Source of the DNA: Entomortierella parvispora E1425
Taxonomy: Eukaryota > Fungi > Mortierellomycota
Direction: 5' to 3'
DNA length: 64,000 nt
Assembly (NCBI GenBank): GCA_020891255.1
Contig: BQFW01000015.1
Span: forward strand, 1,116,001 to 1,180,000
The notes below the pieces were generated by a model that ran no database searches, had not been told where the DNA came from, and saw only the letters and a list, made by a program, of their open reading frames with translations. Numbering within the stretch: position 1 is the first letter of the stretch; every line of letters begins with the position of its first letter. This document shows positions 10,876-22,782 of this stretch, piece by piece. The position numbers and the translations under genes are program-made.

Positions 10876-13362
10876 ATGGGAAAACAACCCGCAGCATCGA
10901 TGCCCTCTCCCATTGTATTCGTGAAGAAGGAGCCAAACAATGAGCCCAGGCGGCCGGAAACAGCACGATCAGAACCACCACAGCACACGCTACAAAAACA
11001 AACCTCGGTAAGCGTCCGCGTTGCATATTGGAGCTTGGAGGTATTTGGCCAGTTGACTCATCACACTCTGTTCATCCCCCTAGCCAGCAAATTTGTCTGT
11101 GAAATCCTCAGGGCAGAAGAAAATTGAAGACCATGCGGAGCGAGTTTCCCTCATCAAGGCGGCGGGCCTTATGGAGCAATATAAGCCGATTTGTGACCAG
11201 TTTGACGCGGGTGTTAAGAAGGCCAAATCCAGGTATCTCGAGAGCCGGGCGCCTGTTGCCAAGAGGAATGATCAGCTTCTAAGAAACGCACCCATGAAAG
11301 TGAAAGGTGATGGGACGGAACTCGAGAGAACCCGATATAAGGATCATAAGAAGCAAATGGTAGAGTGTTCCAGGCTGTTTACTGCCCTCAAAGCTGAGCT
11401 CAACAAAACGACTGAAGCCCTTGAAAAGACTCGAGACGACGCGATTGATCGACTTCTGGCGCTTGGAAAATCTACAAAGCCGCCACCAGCTGTCCTGCCG
11501 TCAACAGGAAGTTCGTCAACAAGCCATTCAATACCCACGCCTCAGCCATTTCGATACGCACCTGTTACTCCGGTTGCATTATCAATAAGCCTTCCTAGTC
11601 GCCCTGATAAGCCGCAGGGAACATTTAATGTTCTTCCTTTGCCAGAGGGTCGTCAGATGAAACAAGAGTCGACGGATGTCAACAAGAGACCTGTAGCAGC
11701 TAACGTGCCAGCAGCAGCAGCACCCCCCCAACACAAACTACCAACAGGAACAATGGGTACAATATTGTTTATTCTTTGTTTTTTGGTACTTTTAAACCAA
11801 TTCAGATTCTAACCCTTTTCAATATTTGAATAGTGCTCCCAAACAAAGTCCTCCGCAGAGCAGGAGGAGAATGTATATTACGCTGCGTCTTGCACGTTCT
11901 CAGCCGACGCTTTGCCTTTGTTTCCAGAGATCTGTTTCGAGTGGTGTACCACAAGGTGTATGGCTCAAACATTGGTGATTACAATCGCTTTGTTCAAAAA
12001 CCTTGGAAAAAGTTCATCGACTGCAGGACGAATGGAAGAGGGACTTTCTACCGTCTCAATCCCTCTTATTTCTTGGAAATAGCAAAGAGTGCCGGTCTTC
12101 CTTGCCCTGACACGAACTTGTCCGCTGAATATTCTGACATCAAGCTACTTCCGCCAATCACCCCTATGGATCCTAAATTGATCAAGATCTTTTCCTCGAA
12201 ACTTGAATCATCGCATTGCAATTTGTATACGACAGACAGGATACTTTTGCCTAGAATCCTTCGACCCGATGTGCCTTTGCAGGACTTTCAACAGTATCTC
12301 CGTGTGTGGAATAGTGTCTCTCGTTCACCTCTGCCCAATCCGCCCAAAATTCAATCAGAGCCGAAGCCGTTGCCAAAAAAGCTGAAAATTGGAGATATCA
12401 CCCCTCAAATATACGACCAGTATATAGAAGCAGCCGCCTCATCGTCAGGGATGCAAGCAAAAAGAACAAGAAAGGTACTGACGGCCTACTCTACCAAGAT
12501 GATGAGACCTATCGAAGAGCAGCGACAGGCGCTGTTGAGTTCCACATTGAACAACACTGAATCAGAGACGAAGGACGACTCGGATACGATGGATATTTCG
12601 GATGAGTCAGATGGAGACTCAGATGGAAATACTCATTCAGATGGAGATACGCAACGTCCACAAGACGCGCATCTGGGAGATGTAACTGACGGCGACAGGG
12701 ACATGACCGATACCTCATTTTCTTCCGATGGGGCCACAAAGCAGGAGGAGGATGTCGATGGTGACCAGGACATGGGTAACATCTCAGTTGCTTCAGGTGA
12801 ATCTACACAACAGGAACAAGACGCACATGGCGACCAAGACATGGGCGGCGCCCCCGCTCCTTCAGCTGAAGTATCACAGCAGGCAGAAGCTCTCCAGCGA
12901 GGAACTAGTGTACCACAGAAGACAGTGGATGACCGGACAAGCACGACAACAGCACCCACTCGATTTGCTCCATACCCAAGTCGCAACATCACCAGTGCCC
13001 AGAAGCAGGGAGAGGGGGCACTGTTGACGGCATCTGGAAGGAAATCTGACAAGGACAAGGCTGCGGAAGGCGGAGCGATCCGCTCTCAGAAGGAGTTCTT
13101 CAAACGGCCAGTCTTATCTGGCAGCTTGCAGTCCTCCTCTGAGAGCAAGTCGTTCTCGCTTCCACACCCTATCCTTCCAGAGGACCCAAACAGACAGCCA
13201 TTGCCGACCTGGGAGAGTCAAGTCAGGAGGGGTCGTTTCTCGGGCATGACGCGTCATGAACTACACGAAGCCCGCAAGGAGGCGCGCGAATTTCTGATTG
13301 ACTGGATGTGGTCTTTGCCACTCCGTCATGGAAAAGACTGCCCCGACAAAGCGCACATGTGA
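10876..13362 (+). CDS. Orphan protein of unknown function (exons approx. 10876-11007, 11116-11756, 11834-13362; 3' end may include further small exons)
   Basis: Three ORF blocks join in frame through gtaagc..ggcag and gtacaa..aatag introns. Coiled-coil-like N-terminal part, compact globular segment at about 11860-12080, acidic repeat region. Confidence 0.7.
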
Positions 13363-13588
13363 TCGAGGTAAATCTATACTCTATTGCAGGTCTGGGGGGT
13401 CTTTGTGAGTGTCGCTAACCATCCTTTTCTTTGTTTTTCATTGAGTTTTTATCCAGATTTGAAAGAAGAAAGAGTCGAAGAAATAAAAACACACACATAT
13501 TTGCGGGTATATATTACATGATATTATTAGGATGATAAGAGAATAGATACGCTAGAAATACAATGAAAAGGGGGATGAGGGAAAGCGA

Positions 13589-15889
13589 CTAGTAACCGTA
13601 GGCAGTCATGTCAATGATCGCCGACTCGCGCTTCTTGTTTTTGGGTGCGGGTGCGACCAAGTGGGTATGCGAAATCTCCACCATCTCGACTCGTTCCCGG
13701 TTCTCCTCTCGCTCGGTCTCTCCCTGTTCGAACGTGGTGGCTGAGGGTCGAAGCAAACTGTGAGTGGTCTCATCATCCGTCTCTTCCTCTTCGCTGGTTC
13801 TGCTCTTTCGGTTCTTGCGTTGCTGATCCTTCTCGAGCTGTTGCTTCTTGGACCGCTTGCTGACCCAAATGCCACCAAAGGACAGGACCAGGACCAACGC
13901 GATCTGGAACATGATCCATGGCTGCTGGTAAATGTCGCGCAACTCGTGGATTTCACCCAAGATGGCACCTGCCTGGGCGCAGATGTAGTTGTAAGGCATG
14001 CAGCCCAAGAACATGGATGTCATGAACGGGATCACGGGCACGCCAACCAGGGGACTCGCCAGGTTGATAAACCAATAAGGCGTGAGGGGGAAGAGACGGA
14101 TTAACAAAAGTTGCATGAACAAACTTGTTCCTTCCTCTTCGTCCTCCTCTTCGTCCTCCTCTTCAACATCCTGCTGCTGTTGCTGCTGCTGCTGTCCTTG
14201 TGAGTCCAAATGGGAGAGGTCTGTCTCTGTCTCGTCCAACAAACCTTCGTTTTCCTGAACCTCAATCTCATCCCGTTGAGACAAAGGGTAAGAATAACTG
14301 GGAAGACCACTCTGCTGATTAGCCTCATCTGTCCTGCGAACCGTAAAAGAAGACGAGCGAGTTCGAAGAGTTCCTCCTGTGCCCACCAATCGCACACTAG
14401 GACGCTCAGTCAAGACGGAAACGGTCGAGATGGACGTGGACGAGGACGAGGACGAGGCCTGCATGACCTCTGTGGTAGATCTCTTTCCGAAAGATGAAGA
14501 GCGCATCGTCTTTTTCTCAATCTGGGCTCGCATCTGATCCAATTTGCTGGATGCATATCGGTTCATGATCGGCTCCATCAAGAAGAACGACATGAAATAC
14601 GCCAACACCGATCCCAAAGTCGTCAGCAACGACGTCAGCAATGTACCGAACCAAGGGCCATAGAGCGCACCCGCCAAGATGTTCTATATACATTCACAAA
14701 CATAAACACAACAGCGACAAGACGGTTAGTACAAACCGCTGAGACCATAATCTCACTGTGTCAAATGAACTGAACAACTTCCTCCTTCGATGAAGCAAAA
14801 TCTTACCAGGAAAGCGCTTCCAGGGATTCCAAAGCACTGCTTCCAGATGTACACGGCCGAAAACACCCAAAATGTCCTCAACCAGCCCTCAAGCGTTGCC
14901 GTGGCAAACTCCTGCAAGATCTCGGCATCGACCTTGACGTCGTCAATAGACTTTGGCAACGACAACGGAGGCAAAACTTGAGCGAGCATGTACAGTCCAC
15001 CCAGCGACATCCCAAAGAGACCCACCAGGACCAAGATACGAGGAAGGAAACCCATCTGAGGCGATTCGGCAGCCGTGGTGATGACAGTGGAGCTTGATTT
15101 CGAGTCCAAAGCGTTGTTGCTACTGCTGTTGTTGTTGTTGTTGTTCATATCCAACCCAGACTCGTGATGCTGTGGCAAGAGCGGTTCAGGTGGATAGGAG
15201 GGTCGTGAGGATATTCCAACGGTGTGGCCTCCAGTAGTAGCAGCGGAAGGAGCAACCAGGGTCATTGGTCCAGAAGCTCGACTGACAAGGGAAGGTCGAC
15301 GCGGACGCATGACGTGGTCAAACTGGGTCGAGATGACCGCTGCAGCCACATCCACAGCATCGGTGCTCGTGTTCGTCAACGTGCTGCTCCTGCTACGACC
15401 AGTACAAATTGTTGGTGCGCTCTCCTGATTCGGGCCATCGTTGTTGAGATCGATAGGGGAGGGTGGAGGCATGTATCCCTGGGTATGGTGGCTATTGTTG
15501 TTGGCATACAAATTGTCCGTGGCCGGTACAAGATTGATCCGATCGTGAGCCCTGGCCAGTGCTGTTGCGCTCTCTAGACTAGAGAAGGAAGAAGAGGGCA
15601 AAGATAGATCGCGTTGGGGGACGAGGAGGGGATTGCCTTCATCCTGGAAAAGTCCCTTGTTTAGGGTCTCGGGCGTAATAGAAAACTTTCGGGAGGAAGC
15701 CGAAGCGAGAGAGGATGAGTTCTTGACAATGTTTGCATGGGCGATCTGGGAAGTAAAACTAGAAGATCGCTGGCGGGTTGTGGAAGCGGAGGTGGAGGAG
15801 GACACGTTGCTGCTGCTGCTACTGCCACTGTGAAAGCGACCAAGGGCCGCTGCAGTCGCTGTGGATGTTGAGCCGACAAACGAGGACAT
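13589..15889 (-). CDS. TMEM41B: TMEM41/TVP38 (DedA/VTT, SNARE-associated Golgi protein family) membrane protein; exons 15889-14807 and 14683-13589
   Basis: YIWKQCFGIPGSAFL|NILAGALYGPWFG joined across one intron; RLFPLTPYWFINLASP and FMTSMFLGCMPY motifs; several hydrophobic helices. Confidence 0.9.
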
Positions 15890-17656
15890 GGTCAGATATA
15901 TGGCAGGGAAGAGAGGATGGACGAAGAAGAAGAGAAAAAGAAAAAGCTGACAGTGGTATCAGCCTGTGTTCGAAAAATCAAGTCAGGCTAGTTTGAATGG
16001 ACTGGCCAGCAATGACGAATGCAGGCGGAATGGGTGCAAGAGGAAGCAAGGAATGAGCAAGGAGAATGGGAGAAGAGAGGGTGACAAGGATGAGTAAGAG
16101 GATGAACAACAAGGTGATGAAGTGAGCGGAGCGAGGTAAAGAAGGAAGAAAGTGAAGAAACAGGACAGAGATGAAAACAAAAAAAAAAAAAAAAAAAAAA
16201 AAAAAGAAGGAAAAGAAAGCGGAATCGGCGGCACGACTGTTCAACCAGACCTTAATTTTTTTTTTTTTTTTTTTTTTTTTTTGTTCGACTGTTCAACTAC
16301 GGCGATGATGATGATGTAGGAACGGTGTATATAAGCAAAAAAGGGCATGCGCACCCCTTCCTGCGCAATCGCACTCCGCAATGGTCTCGATCTTGTTTTC
16401 GTCACCCCTGTCCCCTTGTCCTCCCTTTCCAGTGTGCTCTGGTATTTCTGGTCGTTCTCATCTTGCATCTAGGCAGGGGGCAACGTGCGCCAAGTGCGAC
16501 AAAATGAATGCCAGGAAATGACGATCACTGAGACCCCTTTTTCCTGCTCGTTCTCAATTGCAACTTGACAGCTGAACTGAGACGATGGTGTCAGCAGTAA
16601 GGATCGGGTGCACCCCAGAACCGACGCTGTTTACAAAGTGCAACTCGTCGATGGTGAACAAAGCCCCAACAGCTTGATAACAATCCATTTCCCGGGTGGA
16701 GCACGCTACTAGCCGAGTGCGAAGAAATGAAAGAAGGGGGAATGACCGGAAGAGGAAAAACACAACAGAGTCAGAAGACCCACCAACTCTTACGGCGGCC
16801 ATAACCAGTTTTTTGTCTTCTCTCTTTGGTAACAAAAGTCAAAGGGACAACAGAGCAAGAATCCTCTGATGGAAGACTGAGAATACTACAATCGCTGTGT
16901 CCACGCACTACAGCCGACGCTTCTTTTTCTTTTACCTTTTCCTTTGTATTTGTAGACTATAATCTTCATTTCGCCCCCTTCCCCATCGGGTGACCTTCAC
17001 CTCCGTGCCTGTCCCGGCAGTCTTCATCCATGTGCTTGTCCATCACACAAACGGGATCTTTCTTCCGTTGTTTTTCCGGCCAATTAATTTTCCCTGCAAT
17101 CGAAAAAGGGGCGATTCCTCGGGTTGGGCCTTTTTTCTATAAGAATTTTTCGCAGTCCTGTTTCCAAGAGCACCGTCGCCAGGTGTCAGACACGTCTGCC
17201 TCGTGTCTTTCTAGGAGCCTAGCCCGTGCCTTGGTGGGAGCCTATTGTCTGCAGTGACACTCTCGTCGACGCGCTTTATCGTTGAAAGCGCTCTACTCTT
17301 CTTCGAACCGCCTTTACTCTATTTCTGCGCTTTTTTTGTCTACAATCCAGGTAATCAAAGAGATGTGTTCGTCTGTTGTGCGACTGGTCGCCTGATTTAT
17401 TTTTCTTTTGGGGTGTCATAAGAGTGTAGATGGTTCTCTATGGTAATGCAGCCGAAGGCTGATGGTAGGACAGGGGGGATAAGATGGACGTAAATAGGGA
17501 ATAACAGAAGCAAATGCTGTGCAGATAAAGGATAATAGTCATTTTGGGTAAGAGAATTCTCAAGTAATATACAAGATGATGATGAAAGTGGGGAAAAAGA
17601 ATGAGGAGCATCAAAAAGGGAATAGTGGGATAGTAGGAAAGAGACGCCGTGCCCAT

Positions 17657-19803
17657 TTACATGAGCATGGTCGTGTGCTGATGCCAGGCTGCTCCGCGCT
17701 GGGCAGCCAATTGACTCATTCTCGAGTTGGACATGCCAATCAGATAATCGCCTCTCGTCAAGAGCACAGCGTCCAACATGGGTGGATAGAACTGACCGAG
17801 GGCCGACATTGTGCCCAACTTGATGGTCTTTGAAGGCAGAACCCGACCGGCGGCGTCCTTCTCTTCATCACCATGATCCAACATGATCCAGCCCAGCTTT
17901 TCGAGCTTCTCCAACTCTTCCTTTCTCTTCTCATTCGTTGTCACCAGCACGGGCAAGCGCTCGAAGACGGCATTGGCTTCTTGGTCCTCCTTGGAGAGAG
18001 CTTGAATACGGCGCTGCTTCTCAATCGCATCCACCTTTTCGGCGATTTCCTCAATCTGGACAATACACTCGGCCTCGGGTTGATTGGGCTTGCACTTGTT
18101 CACGATATCGCCTCGGCGGAGGTGAATGATGATAAACTCGGGATGGCGACGACCGCTGGCTTCCAGTTGTTTCTTGTCCTTTGGTTTTAACAACAAGTCG
18201 AGAATGTCGTCCGCCATCTTTTCAATCTTGTTGTTAAACTTAAGGTGCAGACCGATTTCTTTCCACGCCCGGTCGTTCAAATCACCGCCGTTCAGGAAAT
18301 AAGGACAAGTCAGACATTTCCACATATCGCGCTTTCCATCCGCCTCCTTGGAATCCTTCAAGAGGACATCGCGGGCGTAGACGTAATCGGTCGATTTGCC
18401 GTTGGTCTTGTCGACGACATCTTTGGGGACGGTATGGTTCATCAAGAACTGGGGGCGGAAGTGGTCATAAAGGCGGTCGTTGGCGCCGATACCACCGTTG
18501 GGGATGCAGGGAAATTCCTCAGCGAAATCGTGCCAGTTGTGGGTAAAAGACGATGGGCCATCCTCGGGCGTGTGCTTGACATCGTGCCACTCCAGGATGG
18601 GAATCTTGGACTGGGCCGAGAAGGATTGGAGGTCAAAGAACTCTGAGTAGCGAGGTCCAGACCAAAGCTAGAGGGAAATAAAAAAAGATTGAGAAAAAAC
18701 CAAATGGAAGGATGAGCTGGGAGGTCTTTGACTGGTGATGGATTCACTTTCATCTCAGCTCTGCACCCAGGAACCGACGGTGCCCAAGCCCTTGTCTTTG
18801 TTTCTATCTTTGCTGTTTGTCTCTGACTCTAATCCTCAACAGCAGAGTACAGGCGCAAACAAACACATATCTTCCCCTGTGGATTGAGAGCCTCACCGCG
18901 CTCACCGAGGTTCTGTTGATGCTCTCTGTGTTCTCTGCCAAAATCTGCATTCTCTACCCCTGTCCTCCAACTTGACGCCACACATCTATTTTCGAATCTA
19001 TATCCCAGAAAAAATATATTTTGGTCCGGTTCCCTTACCTTGATGTGAGAACTGGGCGCGATGGGGGGAATGATCAAGGTTCGTCCAAGGTCCTTGGCCA
19101 AGAGAGCAGCCTTTTGCAATGACGTGAATTGGTTGTTGCCTCCACCCATGGGCAAGTAGGAGAAGAAGGTGTTCGTAGGCGGAGTCCCGGGCTGCAAGGC
19201 TGGCTCTTTGGAGTCACTGTTCCACCACGTGCGATGCTCCAACGTCTCCAAGAACGAACCGAGTTCTTTCCGAGCCTCTGTCGCGTCCTGGAAGAACGCG
19301 GGCTTGAAGGACTTGACATATGTTCCGTTATCATAACGGACGGTGGTCGTGAGTGCGTTATCGGTAGTGGTGGGGGTAGTGGGGGTATCCTTGTTAATGT
19401 TCTTGGGAGGGGTGGGAATGTTCGTCGTGTTGTTCTTGGTAGTTTCAGGTTTCGTGACCACTGGAGGAGTGTCAACCTTTTCCTCGTGAGAATCATTCAA
19501 GTCGTTACTGTTTCCAGGTGTCGTTTTCATGGAGGACTCTGTGGCCGCTGCTACTGCTGCTGCTGCTGACTCTCGCTCATGGCGGAAAAGGTTGGTGTAG
19601 TGGATATGCACAAGGGCTAGGAGCATGGAGCCAATACAGATCAGGACAACGGCCCTTGCGACTGTGAGCCGGCTCCTTTTGCTATGGCTGTGAGGATGGT
19701 GTTGTGATAGGCCATTGCTGACATCGTCACGGTGCTGTGGCAATGACTCGTACTCATCTGAGTGTGTTCGAGATTTTTGGAAAAGTGGTGAAGATGCAGT
19801 CAT
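17657..19803 (-). CDS. GDP-fucose O-fucosyltransferase-family (GT-B) type II membrane protein; exons 19803-19039 and 18667-17657
   Basis: Single N-proximal TM, Thr/Pro stem, then GGGNNQFTSLQKAALLAKDLGRTLIIPP, IHLRRGD, VLVTTNE and DAVLLTRGDYLIGMSNSRMS, which are typical O-FucT family motifs. Confidence 0.85.
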
Positions 19804-22782
19804 CTTTGGATACGCGCGTTCAATTGAAAGGCGAAGAAAGAAAGGGCAAGAAGAGACAAAGATAAGAAGGAGAAGGAGGAGAGACCAGAGCGTAAAGGAA
19901 GTGGATTCAAAAGATGGGAAAAGAATGAAGTTCAAGCCAAGGACCAGCAAACAATCCTTTATAGCATGTGCAAGCCTGAACAAAAAAAGAACAGTGGCAC
20001 CGTTTGATAAAAATGAGGGCGCGGTTGGACGAGGCAAGAGGAGGAGGGCTTTGGGAAGAAGGCGAACAATTCAAACCGCAACTATTTTTAAGGCAATCAG
20101 CAGAAGGGAATAAGAAATCCGGGAATCGACCAGGTTGTGCATGCGACGCCGAGAAATGAAATGAAACGGACTTTTTCGTGGGTGGTTTGGAGTGAAGTAC
20201 AATCCGCAAGAAATAGAAAACGATGCAGGGCACGTAAAGCAGTAGGGGAAGAGTGGGTCAAGGGTCCAGTGAGAGGGGACTTTTGATTGCCAAAAGCCGA
20301 GAATAAACGGCGGAGAGGGAAGATTGACGAGCGACGCTTGTGATGTGGCGTAAAGGAAATAAAAATGTAAGTAAACGAGATAAAGAAAGGAAGGTACAGT
20401 ATGTAGGGGAGCACAAGGAGGGGTGCGAAGAGCGGAAGAGTGGTGCGTGAACGAAGGAGGAGGGGTGGTGGTGGTGGAAAAAGAAGAGGAAGAAGTAGAA
20501 GAAGTCGAGGAAGAAGAGTATAAGAAGAGAAACAAAAGAAAGTGGGAGAGAAGACCAAAGATATATAGGGTTGAGGTGAGGGACCTGGTCAGAACAAGGG
20601 GAAGACAAAAGTGTACCAGCTGGACACCAAAAGAGAAAACGGACTGAGATCAACCCTGGAACAGTTCAAAGTGCAGCCAAGGGCTGAACCCTTTCTTCCT
20701 CCGGGTCTTCGCACCTATCAATAGAAGGGCTGCAATGAATGGATGATTGAGTGGACTGAGTGAATGAGCGGTTTTTAGAACTCTATTGAAGACTTGGCCC
20801 TTTTGTCTGCTCCCTCGCTCACGCTGACTGGACCTGGATACTGCAGATAACAATGGCCCACAGCCATTAACCGAATGGAGGTCATCCTCCCTTCATCGCT
20901 ATGTTCCCTGATGACTTTTGGACAAAAAGGATCTCATCATCATCGTCATTCACCGTCTTGAACGTTAACCGATTTGACTTCGTTCAACAACCCTGCGGCT
21001 CAAGTCATTAGTACAAGAACATCACGAACAGGGTCTAAATGGTGCTACAGTACAGGGTCAAGTTCATGGTCTTATTTTAATCGATTAGTTCATTCATTCA
21101 TTACAGTGATTCGATTGCACTTTTAGAACCCCTCCATCATACAATGGTGGAATGGACCGTAGCCTATGGGCATCCGGTGCGGTACTCTAAGTGGCCGTCC
21201 CACTCAGCCGTCCAGCTGCTCGCTAAATGGCACTATCATTATTACACCTGCACTTCTCAAGGGGGCACGAAACGAATCTAGACGGTAAGGCGATGAACGG
21301 GGCCCATTGGAGACCGGTCCTAACAAACTGCTCCAGAGACTACCTCCATCTGTTCAGCCACCACCTCATCACTCTCGCTTTCGGCTTGCCTTTCTGTTTC
21401 TGTCTTGCGTCCAGCCCCCCGCTCACTTGTCTCGGTATTAACGATGACAATTGCTGGGAATGAAGGAGTGGATCCTCAGAGATAAAAAAAAGGTAAAAAA
21501 AAAAGAAAAAGCTGAGAGCCCTCACAAAGCTGTCCTCATGGCACTCAGACTGCCTAATCCGTCCTGATTTGGTCTGTGATCACCATTTCTTGCTCCAACA
21601 GCCATTGGTTGTTTCGCTATATTTCTCATGAATGGGGCTGCAACTTCAATTTTGAGCTTTGATTGCCTCTCACCCTGGGCAATTGGCAATATTGCCAGCT
21701 TTATTAGACGCTGTCACTGGCTGGCGTCCGTGTAACGCTCTCTTTACGCCCAAAAGCCCATCCTTTCTCTTCTCAAAGAATTCCATCCCATGGGTCCACA
21801 AGCGCTCTGTGACCACCAAAGCATCTTCTATCTTTTTCTCAATCTCCATTGCATCAACGTCGAGAAACCAGTGGTACAACAGAGCCCTGTCCTCCAACTC
21901 AGGAGAAGACCTGTGACAAAACCACCCATTGGCCGTTAACCGTCCACAGGGGAAGAAGAAAGGGACCCTTCGTCATCTCATCAGTCGTCCCTTTAACCCC
22001 CACACCCTCGGTTTTAATTCATTGCTTTCCTGGCAAGTCCCCTCTGGGGTTTGAAGAGTACTGTTAGATAGGGGCGGTAGCAGGGATTCCATACTTCGTT
22101 TTTTTTGGGTGGTTTGGACCTGACTGCAATGCAATTTGTCCCTCGGAGCGTCGTTTTTGTTGTCAGGAGTGAAGCTGAGTCAACCAAGCAGTAAAAAAAG
22201 TCTGATCCCGTTTCATCTCGCACCAAAAGAAATAGCCTCCATTTCGGTCATGTCGACCATCCGGCCTCCTGCAGAGGCACGGAGCTCAGATGAACTGATA
22301 ACGAGTGCTAAGCGAGTTGTGGATAAAAAGGAGAGACAGACATCGATCGTGATGTCCACACGACTCCAAATCGCCCAAAATGGGGCGACGTTGTTTTGAC
22401 CCAAACAATGACCAAGACAATGCAGAATGCTGGTTCTTTGCTCCCCGATTGGTTCTTGTCTGTTTGCTTTTGTCGAAGCAGCTTACTAGGTTTGTGGGAT
22501 GTCCGTGTTTTTATTATTGGAGAGAGAGTGTGTGTGTGTTAAAGAGCTTGTTGAGGTGAGAGCAAAGGTGGCCAAAACGGCGCCAGGAATGGATTCGAGG
22601 AATTATCATAACAAAGAGCTGCAAAAAAGGAGAACTAGTAGTAGAGGTATGGATCGTCTAGAGGACAAGGAGGAGTGGTATACAAAAAAAAAGAACAAGT
22701 AAAAGAACAGGGTAACAGCAAAGACGAAAACGAAGTGTGGCTTGCTGTCAAGGAAGAGCCCAAGCCCGGTAACATGGGGTCT

